The translations under genes and the position numbers were made by a program. A stretch of DNA of 64,000 nt from Eledone cirrhosa (Eukaryota). The DNA is taken from assembly GCA_964016885.1 (NCBI GenBank), contig OZ024740.1:371876001-371940000 (forward strand), given 5' to 3'. Positions 42,514-55,599 of this stretch are shown here, piece by piece. Every line of letters begins with the position of its first letter. Position 1 is the first letter of the stretch. Under the pieces are notes generated by a model that saw nothing but the letters and a program-made list of their open reading frames with translations, was not told the origin of the DNA and ran no database searches.

Positions 42514-43542
42514 GGTGATGGTGATGGCAATGTTGATGGTGATGATGAGGATGATGGTGATGATGACGATGGTGATGATGATGGTGATGATGATGGTGAT
42601 GGTGATGATGACAATGATGATGGTGATGGTCATGATGATGGTCATTGTGATGATGACGATGGTTATGATGATGGTGATGGTGATGATGGTGGTGATGGTG
42701 ATGATGGTGATGGTGATGGTGATGGTGATGATGACGATGGTGATGATGATGATGGTGATGGTGATGATGATGGTGATGGTGATGATGACGATGGTGATGA
42801 TGATGGTGATGGTGATGATGATGGTGATGGTGATGATGGTGATGATGATGGTGATGGTGATGATGATGGTGATGGTGATGATGATGGTGATGGTGATGAT
42901 GACGATGGTGATGGTGATGGTTATGGTGATGGTGATGGTGATGATGATGATGGTGATGGTGATGATGATGATGATGGTGATGATGACGATGGTGATGATG
43001 GTGGTGATAGTGATGATGATGGTGATGGTGATGATGCTGATGATGATGGTGATGGTGACGATGATGGTGATGGTGATGACGACGATGGTGATGTGATGGT
43101 GATGGTGATGATGACGATGGTGATGGTGATGATGATGGTGATGATGATGGTGATGGTGATGATGACGATGGTGATGATGATGGTGATGGTGATGATGGTG
43201 ATGGTGATGATGGTGGTGGTGATGATGGCGATGGTGATGATGGTGGTGGTGATGATGGTGATGGTGATGATGATGGTGATGATGATGGTGATGGTGATGA
43301 TGGTGGTAAGGATGATGATGATGGTGGTGAGGTTGACTATGAGGGTGATGATGGTGGTGTGGATGATGATGAGGCTGACGATGATGATGATGACAATGCT
43401 GAGGGTGATGATGTAGATTCTACATCATCATCACCATCATCACCATCATCATCCTCACCACCATCATCATCACCATCATCATCATCCTACGTTGTAGATG
43501 ATGGTGATGATGATGGTGATTATGATGATGATGATGATGATG

Positions 43543-43581
<39 letters not shown>

Positions 43582-44760
43582 TAGATGATGTAGATGATGA
43601 GGATGATACCGTTGTTGTTGATGAAGAGGGTAAACAAGATAGACGTGTATCTACTGTTGATGATGATGATGATGTTGACAATGTTAGCAACGGCGGCATT
43701 GTAAATTACTGCCGTTGTCGACGTTGTTTTGACGATGATGTTGATGATGACAATGATGATGATGATGACAATGATGATGATGATGATGATGACAATGATG
43801 ATGATGATGACAATGATGATGATGATGATGATGACAATGATGATGATGATGACAATGATGATGATGATGATGACAATGATGATGATGATGACAATGATGA
43901 CGATGATGACAATGATGATGATTATGATGACAATGATGATGATGATGACAATGATGATGATGATAATGATGATGATGATGATGGCAATGATGATGATGAT
44001 GATGATGACAATGATGATGATGATGACAATGATGATGATGATGATGACACTGATGATGATGATGACAATGATGATGATGATAATGATGATGATGATGATG
44101 GCAATGATGATGATGGTAATGATGATGATGATGATGGCAATGATGATGATGATGATGACAATGATGATGATGATGATGATGACAATGATGATGATGATGA
44201 AAATGACATTGATGCTGCTGATGATGGTGACGATAATGATGCTGCTGATGGTGACGACAATGATGCTACTGCTGATGATGATAATGATGATAATGATGAT
44301 AATGATGATAATGATGATAATGATGATAATGATAATGATGATAATGATAATGATGATAATGATGATAATGATAATGATGATAATGATAATGATGATAATG
44401 ATGATAATGATAATGATGATAATGATGATGATGATAATGATGATAATGATGATGATGGTGGTGGTGGTGGCGTTGATATTTATGCTGAAGATGGTTTTGA
44501 TGAGGAATAGGTTGGATAGTGGCAATAAGGTTGATGGAGGGGCTGCAAGTGCTGATAATGATATGGAGGAAAAGAGGCGGAGTATGGCAATGTGGGTGGT
44601 AAGGGTGGTGATGGTAATCATGGTGATGACAGTAGTGATGATATCAATGAGGACAAATGGATAATGCCAAATGTTAAGCACATGATGTATGAAGAGAATG
44701 GGGATAATATTGATGATGCTGGTAATCATGTAGATGACGACAACAACGACAACGTCGACG
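38445..44760. repeat. ~6.3-kb compound trinucleotide field: (CAC/CAT), (GAT), (CAG/CAA), (GAT/GGT), (GAT/AAT)
   Basis: Direct reading. Includes a 33-bp minisatellite at 39182-39430 and higher-order repeats. Confidence 0.95.
39919..40097 (-). mobile_element. SINE family 1 with TSD
   Basis: TTAGATAAT at 39910 and 40098 flanks the SINE. Confidence 0.9.
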
Positions 44761-44784
44761 TCGAGGATTATTTTTCTTATTATT

Positions 44785-47087
44785 GGAGTGTTGCGAAAAG
44801 CCGATAACAGCCGCTGAAGTACGGGAGGCAATGACTGGCTGCACAAGGGTTAAATCGCCTGGTTTGGATGGTCTGCCCTATGAACTTTACGTACAAATGC
44901 CAGACTTGTTCGGAGGCCTCTTGGCGGACGTCTACTGCAACTGGCAACAGAACGGGAGAATTCCCAGCTCTGTGAGCCAAGGAGCGGTGGAGCTGCTGAG
45001 AAAGGATCCGAACAAGGGGGATAACATAGATAATTTCAGCCCCATAACTCTGCTAAACACAGAGTTCAAGATTTTGGCCAAGGTGCTAGCAAAGAGGTTG
45101 GCGCTTGTCGTTAGTGGTCTGGTGGGAGAGGCACAGACATGCGCCATTCCCGACAGATCCATCCACGACAACCTCCACCTCATGCGATACATCGTAGAGA
45201 GCGTAGCTAGGGAACCTGGCACGGGTGGGTCCTTGAACAATTTAGATCAGTAGAAAGCTTTCGATAGGGTCGACCATCGTTACCTAGCGGCAGTCCTGAA
45301 GGCGGCTGGCTTTGGGCCCGTCTTCAGAGGCTGGATCGCTGCCATGCACAGCGACATCTGCTCTGTGGTGAGATTGAACGGTCACCTTTCAGAACCGTTC
45401 AACATCATGCGCTCGGGCCGCTAAGGATGTCCCCTCTCGTCCCTCTTGACAAACTGGAGACGTTGAGGGGGGTCCCTCTTGAACTAGGATGCGGAAGATC
45501 TGTGTTAGCATATGCGGACGATGTCACCGTAGTGGTGTCGAACGCCAAACACATCGAGGCGATCGACACTACACTAAGAGAATACGAAGCGGTGACAGGA
45601 GCAATGATCAACCAGGAAAAGTCAGTGGGCCTGCAGCTCGGCACCTGGAGAAGCAGGTCCATGCCGTCCAACAGCGTCGTCGGGCGCTGGACGGACGGAC
45701 CGGTTAAATTGCTCGGGGTCTGGTTCGGTCCGGACCTCCAGACGGACAAAAACTGGCACGAGGTGACGAGCAAGGTGGCTTCTCTCACCCAGAAATGGGC
45801 GGAGAGGAAGCTATCACTGAAAGGTCGAGCGGAGGTGGCTAACGCGTATATCGCGTCCGTCATCTACTACCGCCTGACCGTCGTACCTTGTCGTAAGCCC
45901 CGCCTGACTGCGCTGGAGCGTTTGCTCTTTCCCTTTTTGTGGAAGGGACGCGCTCCGATGGTCAGGCGGTCCATCTGCTGTCAACACCCGCTACGTGGAG
46001 GACTGGGCATGCCGTGGCTGATGATGCGCAGACACGCGCTCAGGCTACGACATCTCCACCTCTTCCTCGACGGTGATCAGGTGTGGTCGCCGTTTGCTAG
46101 ACGCGTTTTTCCCCAGCTCGTCTCCTTGACGGAGCTGCAGTCCTGGGTCAAGCGAACCGAGAGGGAGCGCTTAGAGACTGGAATGTCTTCAGGCGCTCAC
46201 AGCCCTCGACCAATCGGGCAATGTGATCGGTGGAAACTCCGTTCTATAGAGGGTTAGTGGAGAGGAAGAGCGACGACGTACTTGGGGAAACTCTAGGCGT
46301 CGACGAAAATCAACTAGCCAATCTCTTCGGAAGAAATTTCGGGCCGGGGCCTATGGACAACTTCCAGAAATCCCTGGCCCAATACGGGATAAACTCTACA
46401 GGAATGGAGGTGCCGTCATCCGGGCATGTCCGAGATGCGCGCAGGGCGACGAAACCGTCCTGCACGCACTCGTCCCGTGTCCGAGCATTGCTGACTTGTG
46501 GGTTTATGTCGAAAACCTGCTCTGTAGGACGGATCCAGCTATCAGCTGAGTCCATCGTGAGGATTGCCCCGCCCTCTTCCTTTAGCCGGGAAGGGCAGGT
46601 AGTTTTTATCTGTCTGGTGGTCATGGCGAAAGAGATAGTATGATGGACACGTTTGAAAAGGCAAAAAAGGAGCACTTACCTCTTCGGTGATGCCCTGATT
46701 AATTTTTTCAAATTTCATTTGAAAAGGAAAATCAGGGTAGAGAGGGAAGTGCTCTCTTCCCAGCATTTTGTTGAAAGATGGGTGAGAGAGGCAAGAATGG
46801 CCCGAGTGAATGGGCCTACTTTGAGTATGTGTCTGTAAATTAAAGGTGGAAAACTGGGAGAGGGCACTTGCCCTGGTGGTCAGGTTCACTGTGGCTTTTT
46901 AATGGGCTTTCTTCACGAATGTCCCTCGGAATCTCCCTCCGATTGGGGAATTTTTTCATTGTTCTATTATTACATCCTCTGTTTCTTATTTTTTTACACG
47001 CAGAAATGCCCTTTTGTACCGTCCTGTATTGTCCTGTACTGTCCTTAATGTCGACTTTGTGTAAACCCTTGTGGTTAATAAAGAAAG

Positions 47088-47118
<31 letters not shown>
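44785..47118 (+). mobile_element. Tx1/L1-clade LINE, 5'-truncated ORF2 (RT) + 3' UTR
   Basis: KSPGLDGLPYELY, PITLLNTEFKILAKVLAKRL, DQ*KAFDRVDH, GCPLS, YADDVT, LSLKGRAEV and GGLGMP, with frameshifts. AATAAA at ~47077, then (TTA)n. Confidence 0.92.
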
Positions 47119-47119
47119 G

Positions 47120-50100
47120 TTATTTGAGTCTCAGTCATTGATGTTATTTAACTGGAAAGTTTGTTGAAGTGAATATCAAGCCGCTACCTGCAGCCTCAGA
47201 TATTCAGGACGTCTCGGAGAGTTCTTGCTGTTCCCAGCAAGCATACCTTTTGAAGTGTCCCAAAAAGCGGGGCTGGACTAATCTTCTTTAACCATCCTTG
47301 GAAACTTTTTGAGATAGTACCTAGTGCGCCTATGACAATCGGGACGACCTTGACTTCATGGCAGTTCCAAATCCTTTTTACCTCCCACTTTAAGACCTGG
47401 TATCGGTTAATTTTCTCCCTCACCTTTTCTTTCACTCTCGTGTCAAATAGGCAGGCTACATCTACAATCAGGCACGATCGTTTTTCCTTGTACAAAACCA
47501 CCAGGTCAGGCCTATTGTGTTCTAATTTCTTGTCCGTCTGTATCCTAAAATCCCATAGCACCTTCACCTGATCGTTTTCTATCACCGACTCTGGCTTATA
47601 CCACAGAATGTGGTAAATTTGTTTACTTTGCATAAATGCCAGTTGATCACCCTGCCTATCCCATCATGTCTCCAGCCTTTATAGTGAGTCTGGGCTAGGT
47701 GTTTACACTCGGATACAATGTGAGCCACAGTCTCCCCTCTCTCTCCACAGATCCTACACAGTGAGCTAGCCTCCTCCTTGTAAATATGGTGTTTCACCCA
47801 CTTCGTTCTGAGGGCTTGCCCTTGAGCAGCCATTAGCATTCTTTCTGTAGCTTTTTTAAGATCTCTTTTTAACCAGTTCTATGTCTGTGGATCTCTAAAT
47901 TCAGTTTTCTTAAAGAAGGCACTATGAAGGGATTTTTCATGAAGGTTGCTCTTCCTCCTTGTTGTTATTCCCTCCTTGGTCATCCCCTGGTCTATTGTCT
48001 TCTCGTTCAGTACAATTTTGAGCATTGGCTCCCTACTGTAAGTCACGTATTTGTGCAGGTCGTTTTTCTCCATCTGAACACAGTCCTCTATGCTGATAAG
48101 ACCTCTTTCACCTTCAGATTTCTTTAAATAGAGTCTATCGACATCACTCCTCTTGTGGAACATGTTGTAGATAGTCAATAGCTTCCTAGTCTTCCTATCC
48201 ATTTCTTTATGTTCAGCAACATTCCATCTCAGAATTCCCGCACTGTACCTAATAATAGACACAGCTCGGGAATTTACTGCACTTATGGCATTCCTACTGT
48301 TCAGATGTGACTTTAATACGCTCCTTACTCTCCGAATGTATTCAGTTCTTATCAATTCCTTCATTTTTTTGTTCTTGATGTCATCAGCCCCCAGAACGCC
48401 CAAATACTTGTATCCATCTTCAGAGTCAATTTCCTTTATCATCTCACCTGTTGGTACCTGGATTCCGTTACTTCTGCTCAACTTACCCATCTTCATCACA
48501 ATGACTCCACACTTACTAATACCAAATTGCATACATATATCATTGCTGAAAATACGGACAGTGTCAACAAGCGCATCCAACTCCTTCTCACTCTTCCCGA
48601 AGAGCTTAAGATCGTCCATGAAGAGGAGGTGATTGATGGTAAGCCCTCCCTTTCCTAACCTGTATCCTGCTCTCACTTTTCGCAGAACACTGGTCAGGGG
48701 CATCAGGGCAAGGACAAACAACAGAGGGGACAGACTATCTCCCTGGAAGAAACCTCTCTTGATCTTCACGCTTCCCAAGGATTCTCCAGTTGATGTTAAC
48801 TCTGTTTCCCAGGACTTCATACTTTTGCCCAACAACTGTCTGATGTTATCTGCCACCTTGAAGATCTCCAGGCCTTTGGTGATCCAAGAATGAGGCGCCA
48901 TGTCAAATGCCTTTTTGTAGTCTATCCATCCCACGGCAAGACCAGTGTGTCTCCTCTTGCAATTCCTCATTACCATCTTATCAATAAGTAACTGGTCCTT
49001 TGTACCACGTGACTTCTTTCGGCATCCTTTCTGTTCGTCCGGTAACAAGTTGTTTGTGTGGAGGTGATGGTAAATTTCCTCAGACATAATGCTTGTCAAC
49101 AGTTTCCACATTACGGACAGACATGTGATAGGTCTATAGTTGGTAACATCATTACCCTTGATTCGGTCTTTCATTATCAGAACTGTGGTACCTTTTGTCA
49201 ACCACTCTGGCACCTCACCTGACATCAAGTAGTCATTGAACATGGTTGTCAGCTTCGGGTGGAGGGATGTTATATTTTTAATCCAATACCCCTGCACACC
49301 ATCTGGGCCTGGTGATTTCCAGTTGGTTAGTTTTTTGGCCTGCCCCTTAAGAGTTTCAACTGTGATACTCAAATCAGTTTGTTGGTGTGCCTGTTCACTA
49401 ATCTCCTTCTGTACTGTTTCAATCCATACTGCCTGGTCATTATGTTTAACATCCTGCTCCCATATTCCTCTCCAGAATGTTTTAGTTTGTTCCGCCTCAG
49501 GGATCAAGTCGTTGCTTCTTTCTTTCCCTTCAAGCTGTCCAAACAGCATCTTCTGGTTGTTGTCGAACATGCGGTTCTGTCTATACTGACTGACTCTGTT
49601 CTCGTATCGCCTGATTTTTGCACTCTTTGCTACAATGCGTTGCTTCAGTTCCTCTATGATAATATTTAGCTTTTTCCTCCTAGTTTTGTACTTTATTTCC
49701 AGTCTATTTTTAGTGTCTATATTTTTTAGTGTCCCATTCAGTAGGGACTCAAGCTTTCCAATGTCATTTCTCATTTCCCTGATTTGACCACTCAGTCGTT
49801 TCTTCCACCAAGGCTCTGCTCTTTCTTGTCTGTTGTTTCCTCTCGCTTTTATACCAAGTAGTTTCCTCACCGTATTTGCTGTTGCTTTGACGATATTGTT
49901 GCGCTGGTGAAGGCTCCTCGCCTCAAGGTATGGGATGACTTTGTTTACCTTAACTGTTGTTTCTTTTAACTTTTTCCTGTCTACAAATTTTAGGTTCATA
50001 GGTCTCCCACTATCATTGTTCAATTCATCTACCACTAAGTTTAGGATATCAACCAAATCTTGTCCTAGCCCATCAGCATTCATCTCCACAGTGGCCGTAT

Positions 50101-50730
50101 CTCTGTTCCAGGTATTATTTATTTCAGCATTCAGATCATTGTCTGCTTTGGGTGGTTCCTCCGTTCTCTCGACCTCTTCACCTTCATTTCCCACTGGCTC
50201 GTTTGCCTGGCATACTCCACTTCTCCATCTCTAAGCTAATTTCTCTGCTCAGTTCCTCCAGTTCCAGCTCGCTTATCCACCCATTAGTTCTTATTACCCG
50301 AGCCTGCCCGGCCAATTTTTGTTCATCTAATTTAAATAGACCAATCTCGTTCCAGATGTTATGCATCCGTTTCCTATAGCCTTTCTCCTTGGGGTTACTC
50401 TTCAGGTAACATTGCATAACAGTTCTATTCAATTCTTTCGTCCAGTTGGTTCTGGTCCCTTTCCTTCCTCTTCTTCCTCCGACACCAGCAGTATTTGGTT
50501 GACAGCCAGGGCCCTGCTGCTGAGCCAGGGAGCACCTGTTGGGTGAGAGTCTGTCACATGACATTCTAGTCTCCATTTCACCGTTATTCGAACTGTTTAG
50601 GTTCGACATTTAAACACTCTTATCGAGGATTGGCGAATGTATGGTTACATAACCACCGGTGAATTTATCATCTCCGGTGGTTTCGTCACTCCACGTGATT
50701 TTTGTGTGGCATTATCACGCTGTAGACGAA
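47120..50730 (-). mobile_element. Near-full-length R4/Dong-clade non-LTR retrotransposon
   Basis: Single broken ORF: N-terminal WTKELN..CY..GYRKRMHNIW..EQKLAGQARVI, then RT, CCHC knuckle and PD-(D/E)xK nuclease. 3' end abuts (TAA)n. 5' limit uncertain. Confidence 0.9.
47196..50609 (-). pseudogene. RT + zinc knuckle + restriction-like endonuclease polyprotein (two frameshifts, one stop)
   Basis: NWKSPGPDGVQGYW, NYRPITCL, WIDYKKAFD, QGDSLSPLLF, HLLFMDDLKL, YKYLG, CRIC..ETVAHIVSEC..RHD, RPDLVV..IVDVA. Confidence 0.93.
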
Positions 50731-50930
50731 CATAAATAAACAAACAAACAAACAGGCAAAAAACCCCCCAAAAATGAATGTTTCATTGTAATGTAGTGTT
50801 TGAATGTCTGACTTAGTTTTTCCCTTCCCTTCTCTGTCCGTCTGTTTGTTTTTCTCTGCATTCTTATTTTCTTTACGTTTTTCGTTGTTGCTGTGCTGCT
50901 TTGATTTTGATTTTTGTCTTTTGATTTTTA

Positions 50931-50965
<35 letters not shown>

Positions 50966-50966
50966 G

Positions 50967-53900
50967 AGTCTGAACGGACGTGTTTTTGCTCGCTCCCGTA
51001 AGGTCACTTATTTACCAGTCAAAACTCATTTATCGAATTTGTTGTTGTTGTGTAAGGCATACAAGCCCTTGGATTTGACCTGTGAAGGGGAAAGAATAAT
51101 ATTTGGGCCTTTTGGCCCAAATATTTGAACTCTTTTACATTTAAAAGAAAATTATCGAAAGAAAAAACATGGCTGAGTGCGCCCCCCCCCCCCCCCTCCA
51201 AGCGATATGTCTGTTGTCGTGCGACAACGACGTTAAAGTTGAGAGGAGCGCTACGGCGAAATTAATAGAAATTGATACAACAAACACCACCACAAACAAT
51301 GTGAACAAAGTCAGCAATGATAACAACACTGAGAACTCTAATTTTGAAAAAATGACAGTAACAGCGACAACGAAAATACAAATAACAGAAAAAATGACAA
51401 CAAATGCAACAACAATATCAACACCACTAACATGAAAACAAATAGCGACAACACCAACTGCACCGAGAACAACGGCGACACCAAAGACAACAATGATAAC
51501 AGCGACAGTGATAACAACAACAACACCAACAAGAACAACGACAACAACAACAACACTCCCAAAGAAAACAAGAAGAACACTTTCGCTGCGGCAGCAGCCA
51601 ACAAGTGGCCATGCTTGAACATGGACTTCTCAAACGAAGATGAAAAGTTGGCCCAGGCATGGAAGCTCATCAAGCAAGAGCAAACCTGGGCCAACTTAAC
51701 TCTCTCGGTAGAAGCTATTGAGGCAGTGGAGCGCAGAACGGTGCATTATAGATGCATCTCAGCACAAACCAAAGGGGCAGCTTTAATCCCACAAGCAGAT
51801 ATTGAAGTCGCGCTGAGGTGCATCAGAGATGACACCGAATACATAGCGAGGGGCAGACAGTACGGCACCATTTCGGTGTTGTTCAAGTCAGAAGCCCTCG
51901 CTATGAAACACGCTATGACTCCTTACAAAACCAGCAAGGTCATAATGTACCCCTCCCACATGGGAAAAAGAACGGCCCGTCTCCGCATTCCCAGAATTCC
52001 ACCAGATCATGACATGTGGCTTCTGGGATGTGTGATTGATAGAAGTGACAAGAACTGCGAGGGATGACTGGTCCGGGTTGACCTGGAGATACTTCTCCAG
52101 ATCAGGCCCGAGAATGTGAAGACAATACCGGACCACATCCGCCTTCAGAATGGGACGGTCATTCATATTATGTTCGAGGGCAAAAGACCGCATTGTTTTA
52201 GTTGTGGGGAAAAACCCCATTTACGAGCCTTCTGCCCTCAATTGCTGAAAGAGGCAAGGGGTCGAAGGGCTCCACTGCTGCCGACGCCGGAGCGAGGACC
52301 ACAACCAACACCAGCACCGGCAAAACCACCAATAATAACACCAATAGAAAGACCACTACCAACATTGACCACCCAGTTGGGAAACGAGGAAAGTTGTCAA
52401 ATCCCCCCCCCCCCCCAAAAAAAAATACACATACCAATAAAACCATAAACACACACATAGACACACTTTCAGACACAGACCCCTCATCTACCAGTAGCGA
52501 AGATGAGGGAAAACCAAAATCCCCCAAAATACAAAAAATGAAACACAAAAAGGAAAGAAATACTCAACAAAGCACAAAATCACCCGCAATACAAAATGCA
52601 GACCCCCCCACGCAAACATCTCTCCAATAACACCAACATCAACACCACCATCACCATCACAAGAATCCCCCAAACGCAAACAACCTAAACAGACGCAAGA
52701 ACAAATACACACACAAACATCTGAAACCACAGACACCGCACTCACAACAAACACAGACACAAACGAAACAACACCACCAAAACCATCACCACCACAGCCA
52801 CGCAAACAAATAAAATCACACCAACAAAACAAACAAAACTTCATGCTCGTCAGGAGGGCCAAAAAGAGGGGGACATTTTTAAACGAGCACATTTCGCGTG
52901 CCGGAAGATTTGTTTCTGGTGCGAATGTCGCTCGATTTATACAAAGAGATACGAGACAGCTTTCCTCGGGACGTGGGAACTCCGAACGTAAAGGCCACTT
53001 CAAGACTTTTAAAGGGGTTCCCAAAAGAAACCTCACCAACTATGGAGGTCGAACAACCCGACCTTCACAAGAGCCCGGAAGGTAAGTAAACCTTTCCTCT
53101 CACTCTTTTAACCTGCCAACATGGCCGTATTAAGAGTAGGAAGTTTAAATGTTCGAGGCCTGGGATCGTCCTGGAAGCAGGGTCACCTGCTCAACGACCT
53201 CAGGTCTCTAGAAATGGATGTAATCGCCCTCAGCGAGACCAGGATTTCCGACACGCGCGTACTAGCCCCTATTTTCGACGACTATCAGATCTTTGCATCT
53301 GTTAGTCAGCCAGGAATCGGAGGTGGGGTGGCAGTGTTGTTTAGGAAAGGCCTGGATCTCGAAGTAAGGTCGATCTTCCGGGACCCGGACGGGAAGTTGG
53401 TGGTCTTGGACGTGAACAATAACGAAGGTGGTGCCTTTGGCTGGTGCCCGTCTACGCCCCTACTGGGGCAGGACGGCCTGACTTCTTTAGAGGCCTAGAA
53501 GCTTTTCTGAGTACCTCTCGCCCTTTACTGTTAGCGGGGGACTGGAACGCATCTTAGACGCACGCTGGGACTGTGTGGGAGTATCCGATAGGAGCGGGAT
53601 GTGCAAAAGCCTCAAGAACCTGACAGCCAGTTCCAACTGTCTGAGAGTTAACGACTAGATCTCCCTAATGCGCCAGTGTGAACCTGGACTAACCGCATAG
53701 GGTCATCTAGATCGTATATAGACAGGATATTCATTAGGAAAATAGACAGAAATAGTGTAAGCTGTCCACGTTTTAAAACGGTCGCCTATAGAGTTTAGCA
53801 AAGAAGTAGCGTTAGAGAAAAATAGAAAGGAGGGGGAGTTGGTAGATAAGTTAGACGAGGCTATTTGTAGTGGCATTGCAACTAACGTGCTAGCGGCGAG

Positions 53901-54020
53901 AATGGCATTAGACCATTTCTTCAATGCGAAACCCGAAGGTTGCATTGTCAGAGCTAAGGCGCGTGCTTTGAGAAACGAGGGAACCAAAGTTGTTCCATGG
54001 GCCCGCGTGGTAGAAACAAC
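50967..54020 (+). mobile_element. Tx1/L1-clade LINE 5' portion (ORF1 + APE of ORF2), 3'-deleted
   Basis: Starts right after (TTA)n. ORF1 pieces at 51432-52448 include the gag knuckle CFSCGEKPHLRAFC. ORF2 from 53121: GSLNVRGL, DVIALSETR, GDWN, SYIDRI. Confidence 0.88.
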
Positions 54021-54058
54021 GTACTAGTTTCAAGCTTATTAGCTATCGTCAGCATCGT
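54021..54058 (-). ncRNA. Type I hammerhead motif truncated just after the cleavage triplet
   Basis: Minus strand: ACGATG-CTGACGA-tAGCT-aata-AGCTt-GAAAC-TA-GTA-C, then Tx1 sequence. Confidence 0.7.
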
Positions 54059-54271
54059 ATACCTTCCTGCCAGATGATTGAACGTCTGAAAGTATATACT
54101 TTCCTTATGCATATTAATGGTTGAGCAGCCTAATTTGCATATCGAGTGAGTTAGTCGGCCAGGCGCACCGAAAACGATAAATGGAAAAGAATGAAACGAA
54201 ATTTCATTTCTCACTCTTAGTACGGCTATAGTATATACTTTCAGACGTTCAATCATCTGGCAGGAAGGTAT

Positions 54272-54314
54272 ACGATGCTGACGATAGCTAATATGCTTGA
54301 AACTAGTACATCGT
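54272..54314 (+). ncRNA. Type I hammerhead ribozyme motif
   Basis: ACGATG-CTGACGA-tAGC-taatat-GCTt-GAAAC-TA-GTA-CATCGT: perfect 6-bp stem I, GUA cleavage triplet. Confidence 0.82.
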
Positions 54315-54581
54315 TCCTGTGTCAGTGTTGAACAAAAAGGCAACGACGGTTGCCTGAACACTGTACGGCGTAATTCGGGCTGTTTGTTTGTTTACAAACA
54401 AATCGAACATTATAATAAATGTTCGGTAAACCCATACGTACATATATATGTGTGCATGTATGCATATATATACATACTACTGTACGTCTGTATACATGTA
54501 TGTATGTACGTATACATACATACTTACATTTAAGTATCAGCTGTACTAAGAGTCAGAAATGAAATTTCGTTTAATTCTTTT

Positions 54582-54646
<65 letters not shown>

Positions 54647-54927
54647 TAGATAGATAGATATTTATGTATATAAATTACACATATATATTCATAAATGTGA
54701 TTGTGTGCGTGTACAAACACATTTGCAAACGCACGCATATATGAACACAAAACAAATAGGCGAAATTAAAAAAAAATAGAAGTTACTGGCTAACAATCTG
54801 TATAGTTATATAAAATGACTACTTACAACACAGTAATATCGATCAGTAAGTAATATCATTGCTTCAAACAACAGAACTAAACTTTACACAATAAAGACAA
54901 ACATATTAACAGTTATGAAATAATGAA

Positions 54928-54981
<54 letters not shown>

Positions 54982-55029
54982 GCTGCTGCTGCTACTGCTA
55001 CTGCTGCTGTTACTGTGATGCTGATGCTA

Positions 55030-55510
55030 CTATTCTTGTTAATCTTGAAAACCATGTTGAAACAATAGATTTAGATAGCAACACGACACAAATGTTTAAA
55101 GACACCAAACAACAACATGAAAACGGAATTACCATCAGAACAAGATATGTTATAAGAAATATAGATAAGGAAGACATTTCGCTTACATTTAGAATGTGTG
55201 GTGAACGAGGAGTGAAGGTGGCGCATGTGGATTCTGAAAGTAAGTTGCTTGTTCAAAAGGATTATGAGAACTGGAGTTAAGATAAAGTTGCCACAATCCT
55301 TCATTGGCAAACGTGCAAACAGTTTGAATTTGAATATACGAAAAAGTAGTGTCTTTACATCTGAAAGTATCATTGTAAACAACCATGCCATAGTATTATG
55401 TAACGCGAAGTTTCAAACTGATTAGCAAAGGAATCATTTACGCTCAGACATAATTGCACTCAATAAAGTGGAAAAAGTTTTGTTTGTCCATTTGGTACTA
55501 AAGTGGTAGG
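55030..55510 (+). mobile_element. Degenerate R4/Dong 3' fragment
   Basis: RMCGERGVKVAHVDSE..LVQKDYENW..DKVATILHW parallels the 47582-47839 peptide. Confidence 0.7.
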
Positions 55511-55599
55511 CAGAGGACACGGCTCTCACATTAGCCGTGGAAGTTATTTGCAACTTCTATTGTTGCTTCTCGTGTCGTAGTCACCAGCACCGCTGGTGT

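Larger units (their letters stand above)
54021..54584. mobile_element. Retrozyme-like unit, inverted arms (locus B)
   Basis: Minus arm 54021-54229 and plus arm 54231-54584, homologous to 13139-14744. Ends TTTTCCA-(TA)n, as does locus A. Confidence 0.8.

Noticed and set aside
40767-44846. Long ORFs (517, 383 and 454 aa; poly-Q, M/V, D, H)
   Set aside because: Stop-free frames arise automatically from CAG/GAT/GGT repeats in several frames on both strands; there is no domain content.
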